In this document: positions 12,281-24,900 of the stretch, piece after piece | Numbering within the stretch: position 1 is the first letter of the stretch | How the letters are laid out: each line of letters starts with the position of its first letter | Origin: Hemiscyllium ocellatum | Lineage: Eukaryota | DNA: 64,000 bases | Assembly: GCF_020745735.1 (NCBI RefSeq) | Contig: NC_083409.1 | Location: 14,006,760-14,070,759, forward strand | Reading direction: 5' to 3' | Program-made: the position numbers and the translations under genes | Notes under the pieces: model-generated | What the model was told of the DNA's origin: nothing | Seen by the model: the letters and a program-made list of their open reading frames with translations, nothing else | The model's database searches: none

Positions 12281-15143
12281 CTCGTTTGTACAGATCCAGC
12301 TGGTTCGATCCTCACAGAGCCCCAGTTTATTTGGACTGTTCAGTAATGTGGAAATGCCGATGGTGGACTGGGGTACACCTGATAAAGGAGCAGCGCTTTA
12401 GAAGCTTGTGATTTCAAATGAATCAGTTGGGCTAGAACCTGGTGTAGTGTGTCCTCTGACTTTGTATTGTTCAGGCACAGTGAAACAGCTGCTTTCTAGT
12501 TACTATGGAGGACTTGCACAGCTGCTGAAGACTATGGGTAATGACTCCTTCCATTAGCCGCAAACACACCAGTAGTCATTCCAGTGGATTCCAGTGGGAA
12601 TGACCAATCAGTTGCTTTGACTTAGTTCCCCAGTTAATCAGGACATGGCTGACCTGGAATACATTCTCCCTTTATCCTGTAAACCGTACTGCCCTGAGTA
12701 AATGGATATTGAAACCCAACCTCAACAGCTTTTTATTTTGGATTGAGGGTTCCAGATTTCCATCACTCTGTCGGAAAGAAATTTTCCTGAAATCGTCTGA
12801 ATTACAATTTTAACAACCCTCTTGTTCTGGACTCTGGGACCGGAAAAAACAATTTACATCAACACTGTTCATCACCTCTGGGGAAAAGTCTCACTGATGT
12901 AACCTGTTCTCTCTCATTACCAGTTTCTGATCTGAAGGTGACATGACAGGCTGGATACTGAGAGGGTGGATCCTGTTATCGAGCAGATGAGAACTGGAGG
13001 GCTGGTTTAACACAAACCAGTCTCCAGTTTAAAGGGAAGGAGGGGTTTTCTTGCTGAGGATTGATAGTCTGTGGAATTCTCTTCTCTACATGGGAATGGA
13101 GGTTCACTCATGGAGTTGGCACAAGGTTACAGTCGACAGATTTTTTTGATGAACAAGGCAATTAAGGATAATGGGAGGGGATGGGGAAGCAGAAAGTACG
13201 GGCGAGACCATAACCAGATGAGCAGTGATCTTCTTCATTGGCACAGCAGCTCCCAAAAGGCCTGCTCCTGCTCCTGGGCCCTATGTTCTGACAGAGGCTG
13301 CAGCAATTCTGGACCCCCATCTTTCCTTTGTCACTCACTGACAAAAATGTAATTTTAAAATGAAAATTATTTTTTTGAACAAGACCAACTCAATTCTTGT
13401 TGCAGTCATTTTCTTTGCTGGCTTTTAATTTCAACAGGGTTTCAGAAACACGTCATTTGCCTTATGTTGCAGTGGAGACAGACACAAGGCAGTGAGGCCT
13501 CAGAGAACACCGAGAGCTTTCACTCTGCACAACAAGGCTGTCAGTACAAGAATCTGGTGACAGGATTGTAGGGGGTTGTAAAGGAGAGAGTCACGGAGAA
13601 AAGAGACCTTATAGTTCAAAATAAAACCTCTTCCTATATTCCCACACTCTAATGAATTAATGTTAGAGGATTAGAAACCCAGAACGGTGAGAGTGTGCTG
13701 GCTCAGAGGCTAAAAGGCAGAGAGCAAGGAGCTGCATTATTCCTTCTCATTATTATTTCTGCTTCATCATTGGTGAGCTTCATATTTATTGCCCACCCCC
13801 AGTTGCTTGGACTAAGTTCTTTGCTGAACCAGATCATGGGGTCATTAAAAATGGATCATGTCACGGTGGGGCAGGAGTCACAGACCAGGCACCCTCGCCA
13901 AAAGAACATTTGTGAACATCACATTGAATTTCATGTCTTTTTTGTACAGGTTCCAGCGCCTTCCTTTCCAGGTATTACATGGCTCACCCCCGCCCTCTCC
14001 AGGACAATTGGGGAAAGGCAACGCCCGCTCTGGAGAAATCAGGAGAAATGATGTAAAATTAAAATGATTAAACTGGTGAGGCTTCAATTCATCTCTTTGG
14101 AAGACTGGACTCTCGGCCAGAAACAGAGCCATGACATGGGTGACCCTGGTTTGTCAGACTGAAAGGTGGAGTGTCCTTTGGATTGACACTGGGATCAGCA
14201 AAAAAATGAATTACACTCAAAGATCGAATAAACAGATATCAAAGTGGGTCACCAAACTGCAGAGTGCAGCACTTGCAGCTTCGTATCCCCATCTCTATCC
14301 TTGCTGTTGCCCTTCCCTTACTGTCCTGGAGAGGGCGGTGGTGAGCCATGGGTTTCTCAAAGAGGATCTGACAGAGGGACAAGGTCATGTCCTCGGCCTG
14401 AGCACAACTGTCTGACCTGCTGTGCTTTTCCAGCGCCACACTTTTCGACTCCGAGCAAACTATCCCTCAGGAGAATGAGCTGTGGCACATGGGAAAACGT
14501 GAGAGTGTGGGAAAGGAACCAGCAGCCTGGTCAGCCTGCAGAGGGGAAGAAACAGATTTGGTGAATGAAATGATATCCTTCTAAGCTGAAATACAGACTC
14601 AGGCTTTCAGAGCTACACAGTTTACATTGTTACTGACGGTGACTCCATGGGCAATGTTCCTGCTTCAGAGTCAAATGGTCATTGGATTGAACTCTGACAC
14701 AATGTTATGTATGGGATGTTCATTTAAAGCCCCACCAGCACCACCCAGACCCCAATCCTTCCACCTCAGGGGGCTCGACAAGGTCCCATTCTAAAAGAGA
14801 TTCCCTCGGGTATCCTGCTCAATATTCATCCAATGCCACCAAAACATATTTGTCTCATCATTCATTTGCTGATTTTGGGACCTCAGCATTTTGTCTTGTG
14901 AAGGTGATTGCACTGCACACGCAACTTTAAATATCCTGGGACAATTTAAAAAAAAACTGCACCCACAAGAGTTCTCTCTCCATTATCATGTAAAAGGGGA
15001 GCAATGAGCAAATGAAAATCCACACTGGAGGCAAACACGGAAGTTTCAGCTGAAAGGCTTTTTGCACCACGTTAACCTGCACCCTGGGCATTTCCTTCCA
15101 GTGTTCGAGATGGTTATCAGACTGGGATGGAGGCTTACAGGAG

Positions 15144-16965
15144 GCTGGAAGAACACAGCAAGTCAGGCAGAACTGGAGGTGGAGCAGTCAACATTTCGGG
15201 TATAACCTTTCTTCAGAACTGCAGGTGGGGGTAGGGGGAGCTGCAAATCAAGGTGGGATCAGTTGTTTGGGTAGGTGGAGGGGAATGGTGGAGTGGTAGG
15301 TATTGATGGATGAACACAAATAGAGGGTTTGAAGTGCTTGGTCGATGGGAGGAATGAATCCATTTGGTGGCTGGAAGGGAGGGTCTGTAAGTGGAATAGA
15401 ATGGAGGAGGGGGACTGGAAAGGGAGTCGAAAGTTGGGAAAGGGAGGCTTTTTGAAATTGGAGAACTCAATGTTGATTCCTCTGGGTTCTGAGCTACCCC
15501 AGGGAAAAGATAATTATTTGTTCCTCCAGTTTGCAGTCTGATTGTTTGTGGCAATGGAGGAGGCAGAAGATGGTCATGTCAGAGAGGGAATAGGAAGGGG
15601 AATTGAAATAGGCAGTGACTGGGAGGCCAGGTCAGCCTTTGTGAGCATGGCTAAGATGCTCAGCAAAACATGCCCTTAGTTTAAGTTCGGTCTCACCAGT
15701 GTAGAGAAGACCACAACGGGTGCACCGGATACAATAAACTTGGTAGGAGCAGAGGCAGGTGAACCTTGGGCGGCACGGTGGCACAGTGGTTAGCACTGCT
15801 GCCTCACAGCGCCTGCAGACCCGGGTTCAATTCCCGACTCAGGCGACTGACTGTGTGGAGTTTGCATGTTCTCCCCGTGTCTGCGTGGGTTTCCTCTGGG
15901 TGCTCCGGTTTCCTCCCACAATCCAAAGATGTGCGGTCAGGTGAATTGGCCAAGCTAAATTGCCCGTAGTGTTAGGTAAGGGGTAAATGTAGGGGTATGG
16001 GTGGGTTGCGCTTCGGCGGGTCGGTGTGGACTTGTTGGGCCGAAGGGCCTGTTTCCACACTGTAAGTCTAATCTAATCTAATCTAATCTTTGTCTGACCT
16101 GGAAGGACTGGGGCCCTGGATGGAAATGACAGGGGTGGTGTGTCGGCAGGTTTTGCATCTTTTACGGTTGCAGGGGAAGGTACCAGGGTTTTGTGGGGGG
16201 GGGGGGGGAGGGGGTAGGTGTGAAGTGTGGTGAAAACCAAGGATTGGCAAAGGGAACAGTCCTTGTGGAAGGCAGAGAGGGGTGGGGAGGGTAAGATGCT
16301 TTGGTGGTGGGGTCTAGCTGGAGTTGGCAGAATTGTTTGAGGCTGATACGTTGGATGCGGAGATTGGTGGGGTGTAAGATGAAGACAAGGGGGAACCCTG
16401 TCTTTATTGCATTTTGGAGAGGGGTGTTTAGATTTGGGAAGCAGAGAATGGAAGAGGTGCGGTGGAGGGCTTTCTGGATGGCAGAGGTGGGAAAAGTACA
16501 TTGTTCAAAATAAGTGGACATCTGGGACACTTGGGAGTGGAGCGTCTCCTCGTTCGAGCAGACATGACGGAGATGGAAGAATTGGGAAAACGGGAGGGTG
16601 TTCTTGCAGGATACTGGTTGGGAGGAGGTCGTTGTGAGAGTCTGTGGATTTACAGTAAATGTCTGATCCTAGACTGTCACCGGAGATGGAAATGGAGCAA
16701 TCAAGAAAGAAGAAGGATTTGTCCAAGATGGACTATGTGAATTAAAGGGCAGGTTGGAGGTTGTTAGCAAAGTCGATGAACTGCTCCAGTTCAGCCTGGG
16801 TGGTGGATGCAGCACTGATGCAGTCGCTGATGTAATGGTGGATGATTTGGGGAATGGTGCCTGTGCATGTACTGGTGAGGTGTTGTTTGATGTAGCCGAC
16901 AACAAGCAGACATAGCTGGGACCCATGGTCACCCACTGGATTTGGAGGAAATGGGAAGAGTTGAA
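15144..16965 (-). mobile_element. Degenerate Penelope-like retroelement, unit A
   Basis: RT thumb FLDCSISISGDSLGSDIYCKSTDSH plus GIY-YIG-type region; interrupted by a SINE. Confidence 0.85.
15768..16088 (+). mobile_element. tRNA-derived SINE (HE1-like), unit A only
   Basis: Box A GGCACAGTGGTTAGC, box B GGGTTCAATTCC, CR1-like tail and (TCTAA)n; empty site in unit B at ~31190. Confidence 0.92.
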
Positions 16966-17954
16966 GGAGGCTGACAGATCACATGGAAATGTTTGGAAAA
17001 GGTTCACAAGGGCACAGTCCAGGCTTCCTGCAAATATCAGCCTTCCTTCTATTGTAGTGCTTCTTCATAGGAACTTCTCTCTGGCGGTTTCAAGTACACA
17101 TCCTCCATGGAAATATCACAGACTTTATTGAAATGGGATGAGCTGAAAGAAGAGAAGGAAATGGGAAGAATTAACCAGACAAGGGTGTGCATCAAGAGAG
17201 ATGGGAGTGTGTGGGAGACTCTGTGCCATTAAAAAATCCCAAAGGAGTTTCACAAGAAAAGCTCGAATCTTTACAAGGATATAACAGGGAGATGACTTAC
17301 TGACATCAAACAGGTTGGGTGTTAGGGACCCTGTGCCTCTGGTGCCTAACTCTATTTGAGACATTACAGTCAAGGATGGTTGATGTGTAAATAAAGGGTG
17401 ACTTGATGATGTGGAGTTATTTCATGATCAATGACCGGGGGCATAGATTTAAGAGAAATGGCTGAAAATTAAGAAGGAATATGAGGAAACACACTTTCGT
17501 GCAGTAGGTGGTGGTAATTTGTAACTTGCTTTCTGTAAGAATGGTTGAGGCAGAAGCTCTCCCATATCATTGAAGTATTTCGGTGTGCAGCTGTAATACC
17601 AAGGCACACAGGACTATGGACTGAGTGCTGGAACATGGAATTAGAATAGTGAGGTGGTTGTTTGACTGGCTTTGGCTCATTGGGCAGAAGGGTCCTGTTC
17701 TTGTAGACCTGTTGTAGACATCTGACTCTGCCAGGACTCCAGCAATGTGGCTGACCCTTACCTGACATTTGAAAGGCCCAGCAAGCCACTCAGTTTCAGG
17801 GCAGTTAGGGATGGGGAACAAATGCTGGTCTTGTCAGTGACACCCACATCCCAGGAAAGAATAGACGGCCTCAGTAACACAGTCACCTGAACCTGCAGGT
17901 TTCAAGCCCCACTCCAGACACTGGAGCACTATCCTGAGACTGGCAAACGTAAAG

Positions 17955-17968
17955 ACGCCATCTGCTGG
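17955..17968 (-). promoter_or_regulatory. CTCF-type motif 2
   Basis: Identical CCAGCAGATGGCGT on the minus strand. Confidence 0.5.
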
Positions 17969-19127
17969 ATGATCGGTTAAACCACTGCCCTCTCTGGTCG
18001 ATGTGAATATAAGGGCTTTGTGACCATCTCAGGGAAACTCTCCCCAGTGTGCTGGCCAATGCTTCTCTTATAACCAATGGCATTAAAACAGATACAAGAG
18101 TAAAATACAGCAAATCTCAAATAAAACAAGATGCTGGAGAAAGGGAACAGGTGCAGCTGCTTTAGAGAGAGGAGGGAATAATGTTTTGGATTCAGTGATG
18201 TTTTATCAAAAAGACACCACAGTTTTTGATGATTTTATTTAATTTTAACCTGTTTTATGTTATTTTGTTTTATTTAAATCTTGTTTATCAAATTTCTCTC
18301 GGCTTGATTGGCACCACATCGACATATATCCATTGTCTCCACATTGACCCTCAGTAACAGCTGTGTGCACTATCTACAAGATACATTGCAGAGGTTCAGC
18401 AAAGATCCTGAGAGAGTACCTTCCAAACCCATGACCACTTCCATCAAGAAGGACATGGTAGCAGATACACAGGAACACCGGTCTTTGCACGTTCCCCTCA
18501 AGCCATTTAGCATTCTGATATGGAAATATATCACTGTTCCTACATTGTTACTGTGTCAGAATCCGAGAATCCCCTTCCTCTGCACATTCTGGGTCTACCT
18601 ACAGCACACAGACTGCAGCGGTTCAAGAAAGCAGCTCAGCGCCACTGTGTACATGACAATGAGAAATGGACAGTAACAAGGCTGGTGCAAAGTAAGAGCA
18701 GGTGTGATTAGGGATCTGAAAGTGAGAATGTGATGTTTCAGTTTGTTCTGAACATCTCAAAGTTTGTATGAACTTTTGGTCTCCTAATTGCAGAAAGAAT
18801 ATAAATCCATTGGAAGTGTTTCAGAGGAGTTTTACCCGACTGATCCCTGGTATGAGGGGTCTGTGTGATGAGGAAGAATTGGAAAGGCTGGCCTTGTTCT
18901 CACTGGAGTTTCGAAGAGTGGGGGGTTTTCCTGTCCCACTTTATTCTCCAAAACTTTACCTGACCCCCTCTTGGGCCATACCCTCCTGCCCCTTACTAAC
19001 ATGGAATCGGACTGCCCAGTCCTGAGGCTTACACCTTCCATCTGGAACAAAGTCTCCAGGTATCGCTGCCCCTCCCTGATGTATCAGGATTCTTACAACT
19101 CAGCTTCCAATCCAAACCCCCTGAGTG

Positions 19128-20421
19128 TATGAACATCTGGATAGGAATAACGTGATCAAGGATAGTCAGCATGGTTTTGTGAAGGGCAGGTCGTGCCTCA
19201 CAAACCTTATTGAGTTCTTTGAGCAGGTGACTAAGGAGGTGGACGAGGGTAAAGCAGTAGATGTTGTGTATATGGATTTTAGTAAGGCGTTCGATAAGGT
19301 ACCCCATGGTAGGCTAATGCAAAAACTACGGAGGTATGGCATTGAGGGTGCATTAGAGGTTTGGATTAGAAATTGGCTGGCTGGAAGGAGACAGAGGGTA
19401 GTAGTTGATGGTATAGGTTCATCTTGGAGTGCAGTTACTAGCGGTGTACCTCAAGGATCTGTTTTGGGACCATCGCTTTTTGTTATCTTTATAAATGATC
19501 TAGAGGAGGGGCTTGAAAGCTGGGTGAGTAAGTTTGCGGATGACACAAAAGTCGGTGGAGTTGTGGATAGTGAGGAAGGATGTGGCAGGTTACAGCGGGA
19601 TATAGACAAGTTGCAAAGCTGGGCAGAAAGGTGGCAATTGGAATTCAATGTAGCTAAGTGTGAAGTCATTCACTTTGGTAGGAGTAACAAGAAGATGGAT
19701 TACTGGGCTAATGGTAGGCTACTTGGTAGTGTGGATGAGCAGAGGGATCTTGGTGTCCATGTACACAGATCTCTGAAAGTCGCCACCCAGGTAAATAGTG
19801 CTGTGAGGAAGGCATATGGTATACTGGGCTTTATTGGCAGAGGAATTGAGTTCCGGAGTCCTGAGGTCATGTTGCAGTTGTATAAGACTCTGGTGCGGCC
19901 TCATCTGGAGTATTGTGTGCAGTTTTGGTCGCCATACTATAGGAAGGATGTGGAGGCATTGGAACGAGTGCAGAGGAGGTTTACCAGGATGTTGCCTGGT
20001 ATGGTAGGAAAATCGTATGAGGAAAGACTGAGGCACTTGGGGCTGTTCTCATTGGAGAAAAGAAGGTTTAGGGGAGATTTGATAGAGGTGTATAAGATGA
20101 TTAGGGGTTTAGATAGGGTAGACACTGAGAACCTTTTACCGCTAATGGAGTCAGCTGTTACAAGGGGACACAGCTTTAAATTAAGGGGTGGAAGGTGTAG
20201 GACAGATGTTAGGGGTAGATTCTTTACACAGCGGGTTGTGAGTTCATGGAATGCCCTGCCAGTAGCAGTGGTGAACTCTCCCTCTTTATGGTCATTTAAA
20301 CGGGCATTGGATAGGCATTTGGAAGTTATTGGGCTAGTGTAGGTTAGGTAGGATTCGGTCGGCGCAACATTGAGGGCCGAAGGGCCTGTACTGCGCTGTA
20401 TTTTTCTATGTTCTATGTTCT
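19128..20421 (+). mobile_element. Duplicated copy of the young CR1, cut at the duplication junction
   Basis: 405-aa ORF; about 7 substitutions relative to 4036-5250. Confidence 0.95.
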
Positions 20422-21968
20422 ATGCTGTGGGAAGGGAACTGTTGCCTCTCAATGACAAAGCCAATGGAAGGATGTGGAGCTGGCACTGTGAAATGTTAGG
20501 GCACAGAGGATGACACCAGAAGCAATTCAATGTTGTCACTCTCTGCTTTGCAATTGCTAAACTAGTAATAATTGGTTTTTGCTCACAATTTGGTCTCTTG
20601 TATTCGATCCACTTGCCTTTCCTGCTTTGCTTCTTTTGACTTGAGTCTGTGGGTAGCTCCATCAAAACCCAATTCCCTCACTCTCATCCAGGCCCCTGAA
20701 GAGATTAGAGACAAAAGAAAGTGCAAATGCTGGAATCCAAGGTTGACAAGCAGGAGGCTGGGAGAACACAGCAAGCCAGGCAGCATCAGGAGGTGGAGAA
20801 ATCAATGTTTTGGCTGTAATCCTTCTTCAGGAATGGGGGTGGGTTGGGAGGTGGGGGAATGATGGGGGAGCTGCAGATAAAGGGAGTAGTGGGGGGCAGG
20901 GTGGTGAGATGGGGATAGGTGAAGGTAGGTAGAGGATTGGTTGATGGGAGGGATGAATACAAATTACTCTCCCATCGACTCATCAGGTCATATTCTCTAC
21001 CATTCTCAACCTATCCCTACCTCAACACCCTGCTCCGCCCCATTCCCTTTATCTCCTTTTCCAATCTTTCCTCATCACAGCCCACTCATTCCAGGGATCA
21101 ATCGGGTAAAATTCCTGTGAACCACCTCCGATGCATTTATATTCTTCCTTCAATAGGGAGACCAAAACTACCCTCAGTATTTGAGATGTGGTCACACCAA
21201 TGTCCAGGAATAACTGAAACATCGCAGTCTCACTTTCTGGTCCTTAAGCACATTTACACTCTCTTGTACCAGGCTTTTTACTGTCCATCTCTAATTGCCC
21301 TGGACCTGGTGGTGATTAGCTGCCATCTTGAACCCCTGCAGTCAGTCTGCTGTTGGTAGACCCACAATGTCATAGGAGGGGAATTCCAGGATTCTGAGCC
21401 AGTGATGATGTAGGAACTGATTCATATTTCCAAGTCAAACTGGTGAATGACTTGGAGAGGAACTTGCTGGGGTGATGGTCCCGTGTACCTGCTGTCCTTG
21501 TCCAAATATAAGTGGTCATGGGTTTGGAAGCTGTTGTCTCAGGATCTTTGGTGAATCTCTGCAGTGCATCTTGTAAATAGTACACAGAGCTGTTACTGAG
21601 CGTCGGTGTGGGGGAATGCATGTGTGTGAATGTGGTTCCAATCAAGCGGGTAACCTTGTTTTCAACAAAATTTAAAGAAAATAATATAAAACAGCATAAA
21701 ATTAAATAAAATATAATTTTGCTGCCTTTTTGATAAAACATCACTGAACCCAAAAGTTAAACCTCCTCTCCCACAGAGGCTGCACCTGTTCCCTTTCTCC
21801 AGCATCGAGCTTCTATTTGAGATTTGCAGTATTTTGTTTATGTATCTGTGTTAATGCCATTGGTTATAAGAGAAGCATTGGTCAGCACACTGGGGAGAGT
21901 TTCCCTGAGATGGTCACAAAGCCCTTATATTCACATCGACCTGAGAGGGCAGTGGTTTAACCGATCAT

Positions 21969-21982
21969 CCAGCAGATGGCGT
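21969..21982 (+). promoter_or_regulatory. CTCF-type motif 3
   Basis: Identical CCAGCAGATGGCGT. Confidence 0.5.
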
Positions 21983-24900
21983 CTTTACCTTTGCCAGCCT
22001 CAGGACGGTGCTCCAGTGTCTGGAATGGGGCTTGAAACCTGCAGGTGCAGGTGACGGTGTTATCACTGAACCCATCTATTCTTTTCTGGAATGTGGGAGT
22101 CACTGGCAAGACCAGCATTTGTTCCCCATCCCTACCTGTCCTGAAACTGAGTGGCTTCTTTAGCCTTTTAAATGGCAGGTAAGGGTCAGCCACATTACTG
22201 GAGTGCTGTTTTGTACATTCTGTGATACATGGAGACTCTGTCAGTATTGGGTATCGCAAGGTATGTTCCCTCCATTGAACACTTTCCAACACACTCTCTC
22301 CATCTTTCTTTACTCCTTATTGACTCTTCTACAATTGTCCCTGTTCCCCCAACCCGCCCCGGTCCCAGAGGGATTGATGGCCGGTATTCATGACCCCGCA
22401 CTGTGTGAAGGTTGGTGTGAAGTGAGGCCAGTGTGTTGGAGATTGGGCTCCTGCCTCAGGACCAGGTGTAGGGGCCTGTTCAACAATCTGCACATTGTCC
22501 TTTTCCTCTTTCTGAATGAACTGGATCAAGTTGCAGTAAGAGCTGGCGACAAGGTGTCTTGTCTAAAATGTTTCCAGCATTGGGCACAGAACTGGCTGAG
22601 TAGGAGGAGACAGAGGGCAGTGATGGGGGGATGGTTTTCAGAATGGAGGGCTGTGACTCGTGGTGTTCCACAGGGAACTCTGCTGTATATGGTCTACATA
22701 AATGATTTGGAGGAAAGCGTAGCTGGTCTAATGAGGAATTTTACAATTGATACAAAGATTGGTAGAAGTGCAGAGAATGAGAAGGATTATCTAGGATATA
22801 GCAGGATAGAGATGCTTGGACAGAAAAATGGCAGGTGTAGTTTAATCCAGACAAATGTGAGGTGATGCATTTTGGAAGGTGATGTACAGGTGGGAATTAT
22901 ACAGTGAATGACAGAATCCTTTGGAGTATTGATATGCAGAGGGATCTGGGTGTGTATGTTCACAGACCACTGAAGGTGCCAGCACAGGGAGGTAAGGCAG
23001 TAAAAAAGGCTGATGGCCTGGTTGCCTTCATTGGAAGGGGCATTGAGTGTAAGGACAGACAAGTTATGCTGCAGCTTGAAAGAACTTTAGTTCGGCCACA
23101 CTTGGAATAGTGCACACAGTTCTGGTTGCATAGAACTGCACACAGTCCAAAAGAAGGATGTGGATGTTTTGAAGACGGTGCAGAAAATGTTTACCAGGAT
23201 ATTGTCTGGTATGGGGGGATTGTAGTTCTGAAGAAAGGTTGGAGAGACTGGATTTGTTTTCACTGGAATGCAGGAAAATGAGGTGTGTCCTGATAGAAGT
23301 TTACAGAGTTGTGAATGGGATAGGCAGAGTGGAAATAATGAGACTTTTTCCCAGGGTGGAGGGGGTCAAATACTAGGGGACGCAGGTTCAAGGTGCAGGG
23401 GTTTGGGGGAATTCATTGTAAAGAGGTGTACAAACCAAGTATTTCACACAGTGGAAGTTGACTACCTGGAACACACAGCCAGAGGAGGGGGTGGAAGCAG
23501 ACACAATAGAAGTATTCAAGAAATTCCTGCACTAATGCATGAATAGGAAGGGAATAGAGGGATATGAATCCTGTCGATGAAGATAGTTTCAGTATAGAAG
23601 GGCAAAATGTATCAGCACAGGCTTGGAGGGCCGAAGGGCCTGTTCCTGTGCTGTATTGTCCCTTGTTCTTTGGTCCCTGCTGTTGAATTGGATTCTCGGG
23701 AGCCAGCTCCATATGAAGAGCCTGTTCTCATTCTTTTGTTGGAGTTCATGGGGCAGCTGCTGCTTCCTTGTTACGTCACTGATCAAACCAACAATGGGGA
23801 AAGCCTCTTGATATTTTAAATACACTGTCTGCAGGAAAATGTTTGGCTGAGGTTTTAATATTGTTTAATAAGATAATGACATCAATACACCAGTGTTCTT
23901 TACGGCTGGGAGCATTTAACATCATAGTCCTTGTTTTAAATGGACTCTCACTCATGATAATACAGTTTTCAATGTTTCTCTCCCTTTATGTGTTATGAAG
24001 AGATTTGCCAACATGTTTTGGTGAGGACAGTGCATCTTCATTGGAGGATTGGAAGATGATATCTTCAGGACACACACACTAAACAACCCCACCACCCTGT
24101 GGCCGACCATTTCAACTCCCCATCCACTTGCTAAGGATATGCAAGTCCCTAGGCCTACTCCACCGCCAAATTGAAGCCATCTAACAACTGGAGGAAGAAC
24201 ACCACATCTTCCACCTTGAGACCCTCCAATGACACGGAATGAATGTTATAGAGTCATAGAGTCATAGAGATGTACAGCATGGAAATAGACCCTTCAGTCC
24301 AACCCGTCCATGCCGACCAGATATCCCAACCCAATCTAGTCCCACCTGCCAGCACCCAGCCCATCTCCCTCCAAACCCTTCCTATTCATATACCCATTCA
24401 AATGCCTCTTAAATGTTGCAATTGCACCAGCCTCCACCACATCTTCTGGCAGCTCATTCCATACACATACCACCCTCTGCGTGAAAAAGTTGCCCCTTAG
24501 GTCTCTTTTGTATCTTTCTCCTCTCACCCTAAACCTATGCCCTCTAGTTCTGGACTCCCCAACCACTGGGAAAAGATGTTGTCTATTTATCCTATCCATG
24601 CCCTTCGTAATTTTGTAAAACTCTATCAGGTTATCACTCAGCCTCTGATGCTCCAGGGAAAACAGCACCAGTCTGTTCAGCCTCTCCCTGTAGCTCCGAT
24701 CTTCCAACCCTGGCAACATCCTTGTAAATCTTTTCTGAACCCTTTCAAGTTTCACAACATCTTTCCGATAGGAAGGAGACCAGAATTGCATGCAATATTC
24801 CAGCAGTAGCCTAACCAATGTCCTGTACAGCCGCAACATGACCTCCCAACTCCTGTACTCAATACTCTGAATGTTGATGTTACTTGTTTCCTCATCTCCA

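Larger units (their letters stand above)
4036..19127 (+). repeat. Tandem segmental duplication, unit A (15,092 bp)
   Basis: Collinear with 19128-34215; ORF pairs are offset by 15092-15093, 15058 and 15109 (e.g. 4359/19451, 8321/23413, 17883/32992). Confidence 0.95.

Noticed and set aside
12101-12401. ORFs with poly-SL runs (also 27194-27472)
   Set aside because: Translation of (CT)n microsatellites.
14760-14777. CCACCTCAGGGGGCTC as a further CTCF site (copy ~30185)
   Set aside because: Several mismatches in the 5' half of the core; much weaker than the four retained motifs.
19125-20342. 405-aa ORF as a new chimeric gene made by the junction
   Set aside because: The start is a GTG from flanking DNA, the product is a truncated CR1 RT, and no promoter or splice evidence was found.
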